From positions 1 to 44,578 of IMG/VR virus record IMGVR_UViG_2728369181_000006: a stretch of 44,578 bases of DNA; one strand, given 5' to 3'. This stretch comes from a virus. Lineage: Duplodnaviria > Heunggongvirae > Uroviricota > Caudoviricetes. Both the position numbers and the translations under genes were made by a program. The notes beneath the pieces are model-generated. The model made no database searches and was not told where the DNA came from. It saw only the letters and a list, made by a program, of their open reading frames with translations. Shown here piece after piece: positions 9,574-22,041 of the stretch (the first letter of the stretch is position 1; each line of letters begins with the position of its first letter).

Positions 9574-10859
9574 TACTGCCCTCCGAGATATTTGCTAATT
9601 AATTCGTCATCGGACAATTGCTGTTGAGGTTGGCTATCGCCATAACTTGAGGAAAGAAAACGTTTTGCCGCAGAGTTCAATGATTCACCCTTCTTAACAT
9701 CCATCCCCATGATGTTTCGGTTGCGATCAGATTGTCCTGGGCTGCCATTTGCACTCATCCACTCTGACCTAAACTCGTTGAACTTCGCGTTATTACTTTC
9801 CATTTTTGCCATACCCCTTAACCATCGAGCCATGACCATTGGATTATCCGTTTCGCTTGGAATGCCTTTCCTTGCAAACTCAATATCCTTATCTGATGCA
9901 GGGCCGGGAGGGAGAAGCTTTGTTGCCTGCGCATTGGCTAGTTGGTTGAATCTAATCCGCATATCTCGGAGGTAGTTATCTTGCCCCGTAAGCTTAGTGA
10001 ACATATTTTCAGCGTTACCGAACAAACCAGGAGTTGGCTTCTCCTTCTCAAGCGTGTCAGCAAGCGTTGTCATTGAATCGGCAGCATTACGACTAGCTGC
10101 CGCATCACCTGCTGATTTTTCTATAGCCTTTTCCATGTTCACGGATAGTTTTGGCGCAGCATTAATAAGTTCATCGGCCTTCTTTTGTGCCTGTTGTACT
10201 TCAAAACCGAATTTCTGCTTATCAAGTGCCAGTCTTTCTGCTGCAAGTCCGTGTCCAGTCATTGCTGACTGATAGGAAAGGTTTTGCCCTCTCGCCTGAA
10301 GTGCCTCGCCAGCCTGATTGCTACGGATTGTCTCATTAAGCTGATCGCGTTGATGCTGCACATCAAACTGTTTATCCATAGGCAGAGTGGCAAGGCGGCT
10401 AGCATTTAACAGGCTATTAAACCTGCCCGGATCCTGTTGATAAAGCTGCCATGCATCATCCTTACTCACACCCAGACTTAATAATGCTGCGCTGTTGCTA
10501 TTCAGAGCATTTGCAATTTCATTTGGATTTCCTGTAGATGCAGCAATTGATATTTTATTTAAAGCTGAATTAACAAATGCTGAATGCTCAGCACTCTGAA
10601 TACCTAACTCCTGTTGTATAGCCTGAGTAAACTCAGGGAATTTTCGACGCAGAGAAGCTATTTGTTCAGGAGGCGTTTCATTCATAGCTTTATAGAATTC
10701 CTGCTGTCTGGCATCCTGTCGAATAGCCCGCTGGTTATCTATTCCCTGCGCTATACCTTGCTGTGTCGTGGCAAAGGTTTGAGCTTCTTTCAATCCTTCC
10801 AGTCTGAAGTCAGGAACTAATGACATCAGATTTAATGGGCTGCCAATACTATAAGCCAT
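9573..10859 (-). CDS. Ejection protein, P22 gp20-like, 428 aa
   Basis: Synteny gp7-gp20-gp16; translationally coupled overlaps (ATGA/TAATG). Confidence 0.7.
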   Translation of the reverse strand: MAYSIGSPLNLMSLVPDFRLEGLKEAQTFATTQQGIAQGIDNQRAIRQDARQQEFYKAMNETPPEQIASLRRKFPEFTQAIQQELGIQSAEHSAFVNSALNKISIAASTGNPNEIANALNSNSAALLSLGVSKDDAWQLYQQDPGRFNSLLNASRLATLPMDKQFDVQHQRDQLNETIRSNQAGEALQARGQNLSYQSAMTGHGLAAERLALDKQKFGFEVQQAQKKADELINAAPKLSVNMEKAIEKSAGDAAASRNAADSMTTLADTLEKEKPTPGLFGNAENMFTKLTGQDNYLRDMRIRFNQLANAQATKLLPPGPASDKDIEFARKGIPSETDNPMVMARWLRGMAKMESNNAKFNEFRSEWMSANGSPGQSDRNRNIMGMDVKKGESLNSAAKRFLSSSYGDSQPQQQLSDDELISKYLGGQ

Positions 10860-11572
10860 CAGAATAATCCTCCTAAAAATCCACCAAACATGTTGGTGAA
10901 AGAGTTAACATCCTGAGATGCACCATTACCTAATGATGAGTTAGCGCTGGCTGCCGTCTGCCATGGTAAGGCTTTTTGCGCCCCCCTGATTTGCCCTGAT
11001 TCACCTATAAGTGACGTTAAAACATTTGAATTATTTGCCGATGCCGCACTACCCATACCAGCAGCAGTTAACCCAACATTCGTTAACCCCATTAACTGGT
11101 TATACATATCCTGCTGCTCTGCTGTCTTCATGGAAAGATATTGCTGGCCTAATTGAGGGGCAATAGAAGCCAGCATATTTCCAGTAGCCGTTGACCCAAG
11201 ACCGCCTGTAGCTTCAGCAGATGCAAGCCCACTATAACGAGCCTGATCATTTAGGAGTTTGAATTCTTGCGAATTAAAGTAGTCTCCTAATAATTTGTTT
11301 CGATCAATAGGAATGCCAGCAAGCTTTTGCAAACGCGGTAAAGCTGATTCGCCAACTTCACGATAAGGTTTTCCAAACGCTATCTGCTGCTGATACATTT
11401 GCTCCTGAAGGTTTTGCTGCCTGTCATTAGCTTTTTTGTACTCTTTGCTCGCAGAATTGGCACCTATTCCACCAAGTATCCCGCTGGCAGCATTTGTTAC
11501 ACCTTTAATTGCTCCGCCCATGATATTCCCCCGGATCACGCCACATAATAAAAAAGGCGCTTTCGCGCCCAT
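10859..11572 (-). CDS. Ejection protein, P22 gp7-like (alternative start at 11521)
   Basis: Synteny; Gly/Ala-rich N-terminus; overlaps the upstream gp14-like gene. Confidence 0.65.
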   Translation of the reverse strand: MGAKAPFLLCGVIRGNIMGGAIKGVTNAASGILGGIGANSASKEYKKANDRQQNLQEQMYQQQIAFGKPYREVGESALPRLQKLAGIPIDRNKLLGDYFNSQEFKLLNDQARYSGLASAEATGGLGSTATGNMLASIAPQLGQQYLSMKTAEQQDMYNQLMGLTNVGLTAAGMGSAASANNSNVLTSLIGESGQIRGAQKALPWQTAASANSSLGNGASQDVNSFTNMFGGFLGGLF

Positions 11573-11894
11573 CTACAGTCCTTAGGGTTTGTAACGTTCG
11601 CTCACCAAACCCCATTCTCCTGGCATAGTTGCATACTCTTGGCCTGTCGCTGATTATTACCGCCCGCAATTTATGGTGGCCAAACATTTTAAGAATTGAT
11701 TCACCAGCTTTTCTGCACTCACTCCATCTTCGTTTATCCATTGCAACATGGATGTCATAGAAGCCTGATTGTTTCACTATGGCAAATACGCAACACCCAT
11801 CCCACAAATAATAGTTAGCCCCCGGATCAATCCACGAGCTAACTCCCCACAATCTCATTAATTGTGAGCCAGTAATAGCGTCTATGTTTGTCAT
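11505..11894 (-). CDS. P22 gp14-like virion assembly protein, 129 aa
   Basis: Position between tail needle and gp7 as in P22/Sf6; ATGA overlap with needle gene. Confidence 0.5.
   Translation of the reverse strand: MTNIDAITGSQLMRLWGVSSWIDPGANYYLWDGCCVFAIVKQSGFYDIHVAMDKRRWSECRKAGESILKMFGHHKLRAVIISDRPRVCNYARRMGFGERTLQTLRTVDGRESAFFIMWRDPGEYHGRSN
11549..11570 (-). terminator. Terminator-like hairpin embedded in the 3' end of the gp14-like gene
   Basis: Minus strand ggcgc gaaa gcgcc followed by UUUUUUAUU. Confidence 0.3.
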
Positions 11895-12844
11895 TGTTCC
11901 GCAATGATTTTGATGGTTGTGGCGGTAAACGCCGCACCATTCGACTGAATGGTTAACGTACTGCCATTTGTGGCAAGAAAGCCGTCTTTATCCACGCTGA
12001 AAAACGTAGCTAACAGGATGTTATCGGTTGTTGTCGCCGCATTACGACTGCTGACCAACGTGTCAGGAACAGAGCCGGAAAAGGTTAGCTGCATTGACCT
12101 GTTGGCTGTTCCGCTGGGCCACGTCCCGACGATCGACAGCTTGAAGAACAAGGTTTTGTTCTCGTTGAACACAACCATCTTGTTGTTAACGGTGTCGAAG
12201 AATGGTGCCAACGTGCCGGATGACTGCGTGAGCGTTTTCAGCAGGCTAACAAGGTTGGTAGGCGCTGTCGGGATGGTTACAGATACTCCTGAGTAAACAA
12301 CCTCTGATTTCTTGCGCGTGGTGGCATACTCAAGCGCAGATATTCTTGTTGAGTGATCACCAACTGTGCTTTGTAGCGTCGAAATACTTCCTTCTGCCGT
12401 TGTGAGCCTGGTATCAAGTGCGTCGATATCGGTTGTATTCTGAGTTATGCGCGCATCATGGTTTGCTAACTCAGATTCATTGGCAGCAATTCGCGTCTCG
12501 TGATCAGCCAGCTCTGTTTCAGCAGCCGTAATCCTTGTTTCATGATCTGCAAGAGTGCTTTCCGCTGCTGCAATTCTATGTTCATGATTGATGAGAGTTG
12601 CTTCAGCAGCTTCAATTCTGGATTCATGGTCTGCAAGGGTGACATCCTGCTCATCATTCTTCACCTGTGCATCATAAGCCCCCTTCCCTGCTTCGTTGGC
12701 CTTATTCGCCACGTTACCAACATCAGTGCCCTGTGCGATAACGTAAAGCAGATACGACTGCGAGAAGATATTGCGTGGAAGAACTGATGTATCGAGCCGC
12801 GTAGCCTGGATGATTACTGGCTCATTGAGATTCGAATCAGCCAT
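11891..12844 (-). CDS. Tail needle protein (P22 gp26-like) with heptad coiled-coil repeats and C-terminal knob domain, 317 aa
   Basis: N-terminus [43 protein letters not shown] matches P22 gp26; repeated LADHETRI-type heptads; an extra ~140-aa C-terminal domain absent from P22 gp26. Confidence 0.85.
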   Translation of the reverse strand: MADSNLNEPVIIQATRLDTSVLPRNIFSQSYLLYVIAQGTDVGNVANKANEAGKGAYDAQVKNDEQDVTLADHESRIEAAEATLINHEHRIAAAESTLADHETRITAAETELADHETRIAANESELANHDARITQNTTDIDALDTRLTTAEGSISTLQSTVGDHSTRISALEYATTRKKSEVVYSGVSVTIPTAPTNLVSLLKTLTQSSGTLAPFFDTVNNKMVVFNENKTLFFKLSIVGTWPSGTANRSMQLTFSGSVPDTLVSSRNAATTTDNILLATFFSVDKDGFLATNGSTLTIQSNGAAFTATTIKIIAEQ

Positions 12845-14262
12845 TACTCAATCCTTATCTGGCAGCCAGACAGAGTGACAGGTGACTTCGTGATAACTCG
12901 CAATTTGAAGCCGACATTTTTCCTGATGCGCCCAACTCGCTTCCACAAAACGCGTTTGTCGTAAACGAACGGTTCATTCTGCTCAATCATCTGCTCACGA
13001 CCGTAATTTATGCCGTCAGTGGTTGCAGAGAGGAACAGGCGGTCAGCGTACTGCGCAACGCCAGTTGACGATTCAACCTCAAAGTCGAAAACTCTGGCGT
13101 TATCCGCTTTGAACAACGGAGTAAACAGCAGGTGTTCCTGTTGCTTGTCGTACTGACTGCTGATGTCGAATTGCAATTTCCCGGTCACGGACTCCAGCTT
13201 ATCGCCGCACGTTATCTGATTGCCTTCGTAAATGAAGTCGATAGCGCGGTACACATCATCATACAGTCCTGTTTTCAGCACGCACCATTGCGGACCATTG
13301 GCGCTTGAAGATGCGTCGTACACAAGTACGTGGCGCGGAAGGTGGATAATCAGCAACTCATGCGCATCAAATCGCAGAGACTCCATCACGCCATCAGCCA
13401 GTTCATCAGCAGTGTAGGAGCGGAGGATTTTCTCAATGCTCGCGCTGGCGATTGGTGACACCTGACCGGAGCCGATGATGTATACAGACGGCGCACCCGT
13501 TGCCGGATTGCTGATGAACGCATAGGAATCAGCAAACGGCGTTTTGCAGTAAGTTCCGGCAATGCCTTTCTGCACCATCAGCGATGGCTGTGCGACATAC
13601 AAAGCGGCACCAACGGTGGTTGCCCCAGTCAGGGAGAAATATTCAATCGTCGATGAACCAAAGCAGACGATGAAGTCTCGCCATGTTCCGATGCCGATGA
13701 TGCCGTCAGGCTGCGATTCTGCGCGATATTGTGCGCTGTAGCGGTCAGGGTGTGATTCGTCTTCAAGGTCAGTGATAAACCATGAATCAGTGCCGTCTTT
13801 TGACCACGCATAACGCCCACGTAAGCGCGTAATGTCGCGTACTGAGCCTAACTCATACTGCGTGAATCCGCTGTCTGTAGGCCAGTTTGAGACGGTTTTA
13901 ACCGTGCCATCATAGCGATACTCGACCAGTTGCCCGTTAACGCCAACTGCCTGTGATGTCCTACCATGCGCCATTGATACGCGACCACTTCCGGCAACAT
14001 CACCGACTTCACTTTCGCCTTTGTAGAGCTTGCCACCACACACACGATAAACAGCATTCTGCGCCATGTTGTACTCGACGCCTCGAGATACACCGTTCAC
14101 ATCAGAACGTTTGGCAATGCCCGGGAATGAGCGAAGATATCCGCTGCTGTTGAGGATTTCTTTGGGTGTAGCCAACATATTCACTGGCAGATAGTCGATA
14201 TAGTCGGCGTTTCTAAAGTCTTTGCCGACACCTTTCATAAGCGGAAGTTGCTGAATCGGCAT
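12844..14262 (-). CDS. Tail accessory protein, P22 gp10-like, 472 aa
   Basis: Same length as P22 gp10; synteny gp4-gp10-gp26. Confidence 0.75.
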   Translation of the reverse strand: MPIQQLPLMKGVGKDFRNADYIDYLPVNMLATPKEILNSSGYLRSFPGIAKRSDVNGVSRGVEYNMAQNAVYRVCGGKLYKGESEVGDVAGSGRVSMAHGRTSQAVGVNGQLVEYRYDGTVKTVSNWPTDSGFTQYELGSVRDITRLRGRYAWSKDGTDSWFITDLEDESHPDRYSAQYRAESQPDGIIGIGTWRDFIVCFGSSTIEYFSLTGATTVGAALYVAQPSLMVQKGIAGTYCKTPFADSYAFISNPATGAPSVYIIGSGQVSPIASASIEKILRSYTADELADGVMESLRFDAHELLIIHLPRHVLVYDASSSANGPQWCVLKTGLYDDVYRAIDFIYEGNQITCGDKLESVTGKLQFDISSQYDKQQEHLLFTPLFKADNARVFDFEVESSTGVAQYADRLFLSATTDGINYGREQMIEQNEPFVYDKRVLWKRVGRIRKNVGFKLRVITKSPVTLSGCQIRIE

Positions 14263-14740
14263 TTATTCGCTCCCGTTATCGCAAGGTTCCTTCCGGTGGA
14301 AGTAATTCCAACCGTTCCACTTCGCCAACTGATTACCGCTACCAACAGGCATACGGTTTGGATAACCGGACTTACATTTAGCAGCTTTTGCTCTGTCCAT
14401 TGCAGACAGTTTGACGAGTCGCTCTTTCCCGTATCTGGCAGTGGTTATAAGTTTTGCTGACGCTTCCAGCGCATAATCTGGAGCAATGCGGCAGGCAAGG
14501 TTGAAAATGACGGCATTTATAGCGTTATTTGATAAGCCGTGCTCATCGCCCGGATCTGGAGCGACATCTGCATCAGCAAAAATGTAGCCAACGTTGATAC
14601 CAGGTGACGCATCACCGCCAAGCCATTCAGCCATCATCATTTCAAGGTCGTTGACGCCGTCTTCCATAGACTGCGGTTCGACATCGGTTAACGTGGCATT
14701 TGATGCCACACCGAGCTTACGTAATGCCGCAAGGACTAAA

Positions 14741-14763
<23 letters not shown>
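14263..14763 (-). CDS. Tail accessory protein, P22 gp4-like, 166 aa
   Basis: [21 protein letters not shown]...LTDVEPQSM closely matches the P22 gp4 N-terminus; the ORF-track N-terminal SQ-repeat extension is not part of the protein. Confidence 0.85.
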
Positions 14764-14995
<232 letters not shown>

Positions 14996-15009
14996 GCTTG
15001 TCTCCAGAT

Positions 15010-15031
15010 AAAAAAGGGAGCCGAAGCTCCC
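15010..15031 (-). terminator. Rho-independent terminator immediately after the coat protein gene
   Basis: Minus strand gggagc uucg gcuccc followed by UUUUUUAU. Confidence 0.55.
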
Positions 15032-15039
15032 TCTGGTTA

Positions 15040-16335
15040 TCACGCGGTCTGGTTAGGCAGACCAACACCAATTGCCTCTGGTCGTACAGCACATGCTGAA
15101 TACCACACAGCAATACGGCACTTACCAGACAGAGTGTTGATATCACCCTGCGTTGCGAAGATGCCGTTAACACCAATGCCAGGAATGCTGAAGGAAGACG
15201 TTTTCATGCCAGCAAACAGTTCATGGGTTACCGGGATAGGCTGAGACAGCAGTCGGATTGAGTCATCAGCCCAGAACACGTTAGCTGTGGTTGTTGCCAC
15301 GTTCAGAACGTTTACCGGAGTGGTATCAGCAAGAGAGGTGTTTACGTTAGCGTAAGCCTTCTCTTCTTTTGTCAGTGACGCGTCATCCAGTGCAATCGGC
15401 TTCGGCGTGATTTCGATGTGAGTACCATCGATCACACGGGTGATTGAGAAAGTCGCATCATCAGTCAGCACGTTCTTCGCCATCTGAGACAGGAATTTCA
15501 CACCAGTGAAGCTGATTTTGTCGCCGCGCTTAAACCCGGTGGTGGAGGATACGGTCACCGTTGCAACACGGTTGTCGACGTTCTCTTTGTTACCATCGGT
15601 ATCAAGGGTGTATGCCTGAGGCTTAAACTTCTGCGCACCAGAAACAGTTACACCAGTAGCGGTTGACTTGGTAACTGCCGGAAGTTTCGGTGAGCGAAGA
15701 ATTTCATCAAAGCCAGCAATCTGACGCTGAATAGTACCGTTGCGATATGCTTCTTCAGGAACGCGCCCGAAGATGTCACCATCTACCAGGTTGCGGCCTG
15801 CTTTGCGGTAATCGTCAGGGTTCAGGAAGTAACTGATGCCCATATCGCGGTTTAGCTCACGGGAGAACATCAGGCGCTCTGCATCAGACACAAAATCCCA
15901 GCCAGACAGGCCAGTAGATGGACCAATTGCTCGGGTATCGTGAACAACAAGTGAGCCCATTTCAGTTGCCTGTTTGGCAATTGCTGACTCAATGTTATTC
16001 GCCAGTTTTTTAGCGGATGCCTGGATGCGGCGACGGTAAGAACGCTCATCACGCAGGTCATCTGCACGAAGCTCGAAGAAATCGTTATCCGGATCGCCCA
16101 TGTTGCATTTCACGGAGAGTTCCAGAATCCCTGTTGCGTTGCCAGTTAAATCCCAGCCAGTCTGGGTTGGCGCTTCCTGCTCAACAGGCATCCACACGGT
16201 GTTGCTTGAACGCTGCATGGATTCTGCCGGAGGGGTGTATTTTGTCACTTTGGACGCCATTGGCGTCAGGTTCTGGACGGTTTCGATGATTTCATCCAGA
16301 GCATACGTGACCAGTTGACCTTCATTTAATGCCAT
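15040..16335 (-). CDS. Major coat protein, P22 gp5-like, 431 aa
   Basis: Size and position after scaffold; P22-like module. Confidence 0.85.
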   Translation of the reverse strand: MALNEGQLVTYALDEIIETVQNLTPMASKVTKYTPPAESMQRSSNTVWMPVEQEAPTQTGWDLTGNATGILELSVKCNMGDPDNDFFELRADDLRDERSYRRRIQASAKKLANNIESAIAKQATEMGSLVVHDTRAIGPSTGLSGWDFVSDAERLMFSRELNRDMGISYFLNPDDYRKAGRNLVDGDIFGRVPEEAYRNGTIQRQIAGFDEILRSPKLPAVTKSTATGVTVSGAQKFKPQAYTLDTDGNKENVDNRVATVTVSSTTGFKRGDKISFTGVKFLSQMAKNVLTDDATFSITRVIDGTHIEITPKPIALDDASLTKEEKAYANVNTSLADTTPVNVLNVATTTANVFWADDSIRLLSQPIPVTHELFAGMKTSSFSIPGIGVNGIFATQGDINTLSGKCRIAVWYSACAVRPEAIGVGLPNQTA

Positions 16336-17246
16336 TATCGAATTCCTTTATTCAGTTGCGCCTTGAGCTTGCGGTATGTCTCTACATCCCCTTTGTTTGC
16401 TGCCGCTTCCATCTGCTTTTCAATCGCAGATATATTTGCAGCAACAGCGTGTCCCTGAATGGGTTCATCAGGTAGCGGGGCTTCTGAAACAGGTTTGGCT
16501 CGAGGCTTGAGAGTTAAACGTTCTGACAGTCGAGTGAGTTCAATCAGCGCGGATTGCCCGTCCATCGCCAGCAACTGGCGTGTCTTCTCAGGATTAGCAC
16601 CAAGGTGATACATTAGAGCAGCGGATTTCTCCGGGAAGAGGCGCATGATGTCGGCACCGACTGCTGGCGGCACCAGTTGCATGAATGCGTCCTCTTTCTC
16701 CTGATAGTCAGGGATATTGAGCTTTTCCGCTGCGTCGTAGTGCTTACGGGCTGCCTCGACGTATTGCGCTGATTGCTGGGTGAACTCCTGAGTTTTGCGA
16801 CCCTGCTCGGCGACAGCCTGGCTTCGTGCGTCCATAGCCTTGATCTGCCATTCACTGTTTGCCTGCTGGAAGGCAGCCAGTGCGCGGCTCTGGTCATAGT
16901 CGTACTTAGCCAGTGCATCTTCGGAAAGGTAATCGTTAGGGTCTGGTTGTTTTGGTAACTCAGGGTTCACCCGCAGGTGCTCCGGCAACTCTCCACGCTT
17001 AACCGCTTCCATCTGCTGCTCAAGCTCACGCTGGCGTTTGCGTTCGATGCGGCGACGGGCAAATTCAGCATTAGTTGCCGGGTCTTGTTTTGGTTTCTCA
17101 TCGTCTTTCAGGACAATCTCAAAGCCTTCTTCCTGACCTGCGCTGTCGTTGGCATTATCGACAACTAAGCCATCAGCAGATGCCGCTGCATGATTGCCGG
17201 GCAGGGTTAATTCTTCAGAAGCCTGAATGTCGGTGGTTTGGTCCAT
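16335..17246 (-). CDS. Scaffolding protein, P22 gp8-like, 303 aa
   Basis: Same length as P22 gp8; acidic, helix-rich; between portal and coat. Confidence 0.8.
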   Translation of the reverse strand: MDQTTDIQASEELTLPGNHAAASADGLVVDNANDSAGQEEGFEIVLKDDEKPKQDPATNAEFARRRIERKRQRELEQQMEAVKRGELPEHLRVNPELPKQPDPNDYLSEDALAKYDYDQSRALAAFQQANSEWQIKAMDARSQAVAEQGRKTQEFTQQSAQYVEAARKHYDAAEKLNIPDYQEKEDAFMQLVPPAVGADIMRLFPEKSAALMYHLGANPEKTRQLLAMDGQSALIELTRLSERLTLKPRAKPVSEAPLPDEPIQGHAVAANISAIEKQMEAAANKGDVETYRKLKAQLNKGIR

Positions 17247-17259
17247 GATTAACTCTCTC

Positions 17260-19425
17260 TTATTGAGGTGTCTCGGCTACTCCGCCGGAGGGGATTTGAA
17301 CTTGACGCATAAGATTCGCGAAATCCATGCGTTGTGAATGAGTCTGGTCTGCATCTTTAAGAAGCAGCTCAGCGTTAGCACGAGCATCTTTGCTGCGCTG
17401 TTGCTGGAATTGACCTACGAGCTTGAGGTACTCACGCAGTTCTGCCTGCTTGTCGAGGTCCATATTGTTGAAGATTTCTGCAATCTTCGCGGCGTTGAGT
17501 TGGTTTTGGGCTTCAACCTTGGCGGCTTCAACCTGAATCTGCGCCTGTTGGTTCTCTGCCTTGAGCAATTCAGCCTGACCTTGCAGAAGGATACCCTGCG
17601 CCTGAATTTGCTCTGCTGATGGCTGCTGCGGCTGTTGTTGTGCCTGCTGCACCATCTCCATCTCTTCAGGTGTTTCTGGTTTCTTCAGCCCCATCATCAC
17701 CAGTTGCTTGTTCGCGTACTCTCGCATCATCTCGACGCCTTTACCGTCAAGCAGCGTGAAGTATTGCAGCATCAGCATCTGGAACTCTGGAGTACCTTGC
17801 GGAACCTTGGTGAGCAACTCCTGAATCTCTGCGCGGTTCTGTTCCTTCATACTCTGGAAGGATGGTCCTACGTCTGTATAGCACTCATAGCGACCGCGAA
17901 TGTCGTTGAGTGTGACCACATTGCCGGACTGGTAATCGACAACTTGCGCATAGAGTTGAATGTCTTTCTCGCTTCCATCTTCAAGTGTCAGCGTTACATG
18001 ACGAGGAACGTCATAAATATCGTTGACCATTGAGGCATAAATCTCGCCATCACGTCGCATTGCGGTAGCCAGGTTATCCTGAAACACGTATGTCTCAAGG
18101 TCTGCCCGCATGTTAAGTTGATTGACGGTATCGAAAGCGACCTGACCATTTGCCGCCTGCGCATCCACGCCAAGACTAGCCACTTCTTTCACTGCGTTGG
18201 TGGCAGCCTCAAGCATGTAAGCGTTGGCTTGCGGCACTTCAGGGTTTTCCATGTAGGAGATTGGACCAATCGGCAGGTCGTTACCGTTTTCATCAGTCCT
18301 GTTCTGGAGATAGTACGGATAGTCATCATTTCCACCGTACATGTATTCGTAGCCTTCGATTTGCTCAGGGAAGAAGGTCGGTTTCTTCTTCGGTGAACGA
18401 GCAACAATATCGGCGTTGAATGACATGATCATGTTACGAAGGCGTTGACCGTCTTTCGTCAGCCTTACCACTCCTTCGTAGCACTCCTTGTCACCAGCGA
18501 ATGACCATTCGCCATACACTGGAACGATTGGAATATGCTCTCCGGCTATCTTCTCGCGGTCTTTCAGTATCTGCGTGCAGGTGATGATCGACTTATACAC
18601 ACGCCGACGCTTCACCTTGCGCTCTGCTACCTTAATGAATCCACGATTAGCCAGGTCGTCGATGACGTCTTTGATATCCTGCTGGTAATAGCTGACCGGC
18701 TCACCTGTCAGCGGGTCGCGGTAGATGAAGACCTTCTCTTTCTTCTCTTCGACCTCGTAATACTCAGCGACGTAGACGACATCATTCGATACCCACGGAA
18801 ACAGCCATGTGTCGTTCGGATTCTGGAAAGATGGCAGGGTGTCCGGATCAATACCGTAATCCTCTGCGAACTCTTTCCAGCCATTGCGTGACAAGGCGTT
18901 AATCACCGTGCAGTGCTTAGCGTCGCTCTTATCCATCTGCTTGCTATTGGCGTCCCATATGACGTGTGAGCAGGCTTCATGGATTGGAAGGCGTCGAATT
19001 ACCTGATTGTTGCTTGTTGGATCGTTGTCTTCGTACTGCGTGACCAGACGCCATGCACCAACTCCAGACTCTATCTGCTCACGAACGCCAACGTTAACGG
19101 CAATCTTTGCCGTGTTATGGCGCATATCAGTACGATACATCCCCATCAACACATCGGCTGCATCAGGATTAGCGCCGTCTTTGGGTCGGAAGAGAACGTC
19201 GATAGGGTTCCGGCGCATCTCTGCGACCAGTTTCCTGACCACCGGGCGAACAACATCGAATTGTCCGCGATATTGCAGGGTGGTGTAGTTTGATAGCCAG
19301 TCATCCCATTGCGACACTCGGCTAAAATACAGGTCATTTGTCGCCTCGGTTCTGGCTTCATCGCTCGCCATCCAGTCCGCGTCAAACTTACACAGAATGG
19401 AGTTGAGTCTGTTTTCGTCGGCCAT
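17260..19425 (-). CDS. Portal protein, P22 gp1-like, 721 aa
   Basis: Near-collinear match to P22 portal ([11 protein letters not shown]...[11 protein letters not shown]...[18 protein letters not shown]...). Confidence 0.9.
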   Translation of the reverse strand: MADENRLNSILCKFDADWMASDEARTEATNDLYFSRVSQWDDWLSNYTTLQYRGQFDVVRPVVRKLVAEMRRNPIDVLFRPKDGANPDAADVLMGMYRTDMRHNTAKIAVNVGVREQIESGVGAWRLVTQYEDNDPTSNNQVIRRLPIHEACSHVIWDANSKQMDKSDAKHCTVINALSRNGWKEFAEDYGIDPDTLPSFQNPNDTWLFPWVSNDVVYVAEYYEVEEKKEKVFIYRDPLTGEPVSYYQQDIKDVIDDLANRGFIKVAERKVKRRRVYKSIITCTQILKDREKIAGEHIPIVPVYGEWSFAGDKECYEGVVRLTKDGQRLRNMIMSFNADIVARSPKKKPTFFPEQIEGYEYMYGGNDDYPYYLQNRTDENGNDLPIGPISYMENPEVPQANAYMLEAATNAVKEVASLGVDAQAANGQVAFDTVNQLNMRADLETYVFQDNLATAMRRDGEIYASMVNDIYDVPRHVTLTLEDGSEKDIQLYAQVVDYQSGNVVTLNDIRGRYECYTDVGPSFQSMKEQNRAEIQELLTKVPQGTPEFQMLMLQYFTLLDGKGVEMMREYANKQLVMMGLKKPETPEEMEMVQQAQQQPQQPSAEQIQAQGILLQGQAELLKAENQQAQIQVEAAKVEAQNQLNAAKIAEIFNNMDLDKQAELREYLKLVGQFQQQRSKDARANAELLLKDADQTHSQRMDFANLMRQVQIPSGGVAETPQ

Positions 19426-20873
19426 TTAAGTTCTCCGTGCGATGGGCCTGATTGGGGCTGGTGTTTTCTTCTCTTTTGGCTTGTTAATATCGCCATAACG
19501 CTTAGCGTATCGGCGCATCATGTATGCATAGCGTGTGGCATCAAGAAGGTCATCGCGGGTTTTTGCTATACGCCCTTTCTCGTCACGATGGTAATAGTTA
19601 AATTCGTCGAACCAGTCTCGAAGGCCACGGAATACTTTAAATTTACCCAGCTTCATCAGGTCGTACAGTTCGAACAGGCCTGCCTCAACTGATCTAGAAC
19701 CATCAGGCCATTGCGCTGACTCATGAAGCATCTGAAACCCAGCTTCGTGGTAGTACTGCTTCTGCTGAAGTCCTGACCCTTTTTCTGTTTGTAATCCATC
19801 TTGCGGCCATGCTGTGGGTACTTTTAATGCCCATGACTTAACTGAAGACCATGCCTCTGCTGGAGATGTCTGGCTCGCTTTCCATGCTCTGGTCACATAG
19901 TACGTTTCGTTGTCGTTATCGATAACTAATTGCATGTGAGCCTGCGGGTGATCCCAGCCAAAGTCCATGCCATCAATCACCATCCAGTGGGGAGGTATCG
20001 GGAATGGATCACAGGTGATTGTGTCTTCGCTAAAGTCATAAATACGACCATGACCAAGCATAGGAATACCCTTCGTTCGCATGTCTCGTTGATGAGGAGG
20101 AAATGATGAGAGCAAATCCTCTTTCACCTTATCACTAAGGTGTGGAGCATCATCCCAGCCAACATTCATGCACGTTTGCGCCGCAGAGGGGTTATCCATG
20201 AATCCAATAACCAGTTCTGTACGTCCGTTTTCCGGTGTAAATGTCAGTATCCCACGACCACCACGACCTTTGTCTCCGGTAGCTGTACGGGTAAGAACCT
20301 GCGGGTAGATAGTTTCATCTTTTGGCTCTTCGTCGATATGAAACCAGTCAACACTGTCACCCATTAGTGCATGCTGACCTTGCGAGTAAGACCAGAACTG
20401 AATTTTCGAAAGCCGACCTGACTTATGCCTGATATAAGCAGAACGTACTGCATTTGGCGTACCAGTCATTGGTTCTGTATCAACAATCAAATCTCCAGGT
20501 ATCAGACCACCTTCCCAGCCGTCATCTGTTTTTCTGCCCAGCAACGGTGTTTGCAAAAGGTCTCTAATCTTTTCCCCTGAGTAACCTAGACACCAGATTA
20601 GCGGGGCGTGATCAAACTTATACCCCCCCATCCATCAGGGTAGTCACCTATTGCATGGATAGCGTCGATATAGGTGGCGGTATCAGTCTTGCCAACACGG
20701 TTTGCAGCAATTAATGCAACCTGAGAGTATTTACTACTTAGCGAGATGAACTTCTTTTGCCACTCGTATCTGGTATCGAAATAAGTGCGATACCTGTACA
20801 GATGCGAGCGACGTGCTTTTTCCTCCAGCAAGCGTAATAACTCAAGCTTCTGCTCCCGATCCAGATTGTGCAT
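19426..20873 (-). pseudogene. Terminase large subunit, interrupted by a frameshift in a homopolymer run (two overlapping ORFs, 91 aa and 401 aa)
   Basis: Walker A motif ANRVGKTDT in the N-terminal ORF (20598-20873); the reading frame continues in another frame from 20631 (…DGWGG / YKFDHAPLIW…); the junction lies in a C7 (minus-strand G7) run at 20623-20629; one extra G would restore a ~482-aa ORF. Confidence 0.7.
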
Positions 20874-21297
20874 TCTGCAACTCCCTAATGCGACGCTCTA
20901 TCTCTTCATCAGTCATATCGTTGATGGTTATTCGCTGGTCGTGCTGAATCTTGTCACCGAATCGACGCGTAGCAACCTTAGACGCATACCACTTCCTTGC
21001 ATCCACCTGAAGCCTGGCTTTTGCCACTGAACCTGATTCTTCTGATGCTGAGTCTGCGTACATGATGATATCTTCGGCCATTACTTCAGCCTGTATCTCT
21101 CTGGCTCGCGCGTATTGCTCGTGAAACTCATCATGTCGATGAAGCCACGCAAGAACTGTCGCAAGATGAGGAAATTCATCTCGTCTGCAAATCGCCCTCA
21201 GGCTTTCACCCTCCATCAGCAAATTGCATATCTTTTCCGCCAACTCAGGTGAGTACACTGATGGGCGACCAATTTTCTTACCAGTCGCCATATTCAT
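20842..21297 (-). CDS. Terminase small subunit, 151 aa
   Basis: First gene of the packaging/virion operon; overlaps the large terminase start. Confidence 0.75.
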   Translation of the reverse strand: MNMATGKKIGRPSVYSPELAEKICNLLMEGESLRAICRRDEFPHLATVLAWLHRHDEFHEQYARAREIQAEVMAEDIIMYADSASEESGSVAKARLQVDARKWYASKVATRRFGDKIQHDQRITINDMTDEEIERRIRELQNAQSGSGAEA

Positions 21298-21495
21298 CTC
21301 ACTTAATAGTTATTTCAGGTTGAGGACTCTTTCGCGTCTTCAATCAATGACTGCTTCAGTAATTCGAGTGTGCCAATCGCCTCACATAAACTGATTTCAC
21401 CATCGTAATCATGAATGACGCTTTCCATCCGCTCGTATAGCTCTTGAGTAATTGGGAATTTCTTCTCCTTACCAAAATTGATTACGCGGCTCACA

Positions 21496-21738
21496 TCATG
21501 CTCCGGTGGCGAACAGGTCTAACGCTTCCTTCGATTTACGTACCGCTTCGATAGTGCGGGTCGTGATATCTGAATTAGCGCCGCCTGACTGGAAGTGAAT
21601 TTTGAATAGCTCAAGCTTCAACTCGTCAGTACCAATGAATTGAAATGCTTCTTCTGCGGCTGAGTTCTGGTTCATGACCAGTTTGTAAATCTCTAACTGG
21701 AATTTCTGTTCTTCAGTCATGGGAATAATCTCTGCCAT
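21496..21738 (-). CDS. Hypothetical protein, 80 aa
   Basis: ATG with GGAG RBS; between lysis cassette and terminase. Confidence 0.4.
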   Translation of the reverse strand: MAEIIPMTEEQKFQLEIYKLVMNQNSAAEEAFQFIGTDELKLELFKIHFQSGGANSDITTRTIEAVRKSKEALDLFATGA

Positions 21739-22041
21739 TGTTGGCTCCGTTTATCCGTTAAAAGGGATATCAGTTAAGTTATCCCGTGTAGGGTATAAGC
21801 CATTGTCGAGACCACTCATTGAATGGCCTCTGCAATAACCGATGTCTTTCCATCAGTCCGCCACCACAAAGAATCTTTTTTGCCATAAGGCTGGAGGTTC
21901 ATCTTTCAGTGGCTGCCAGTGTTATTTCCCCACTTACTGGCTTGGGTTGTTTCGCGGTACTGCCGTTAATTAGTGACCAGAAATTAACTCCGGTTTCATT
22001 ATCAAGCCCACCCGTAGATAGGCTTTGTAATGCCTACATGG

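Noticed and set aside
8621-10272. Several 60-110-aa ORFs antisense to the gp16/gp20-like genes
   Set aside because: Embedded antisense to long structural genes with strong synteny; typical GC-frame artefacts.
21301-21495. 37-aa ORF (MESVIHDYDGEISLCEAIGTLELLKQSLIEDAKESST) between small terminase and the 80-aa gene
   Set aside because: Weak RBS and very short; cannot be supported from sequence alone.
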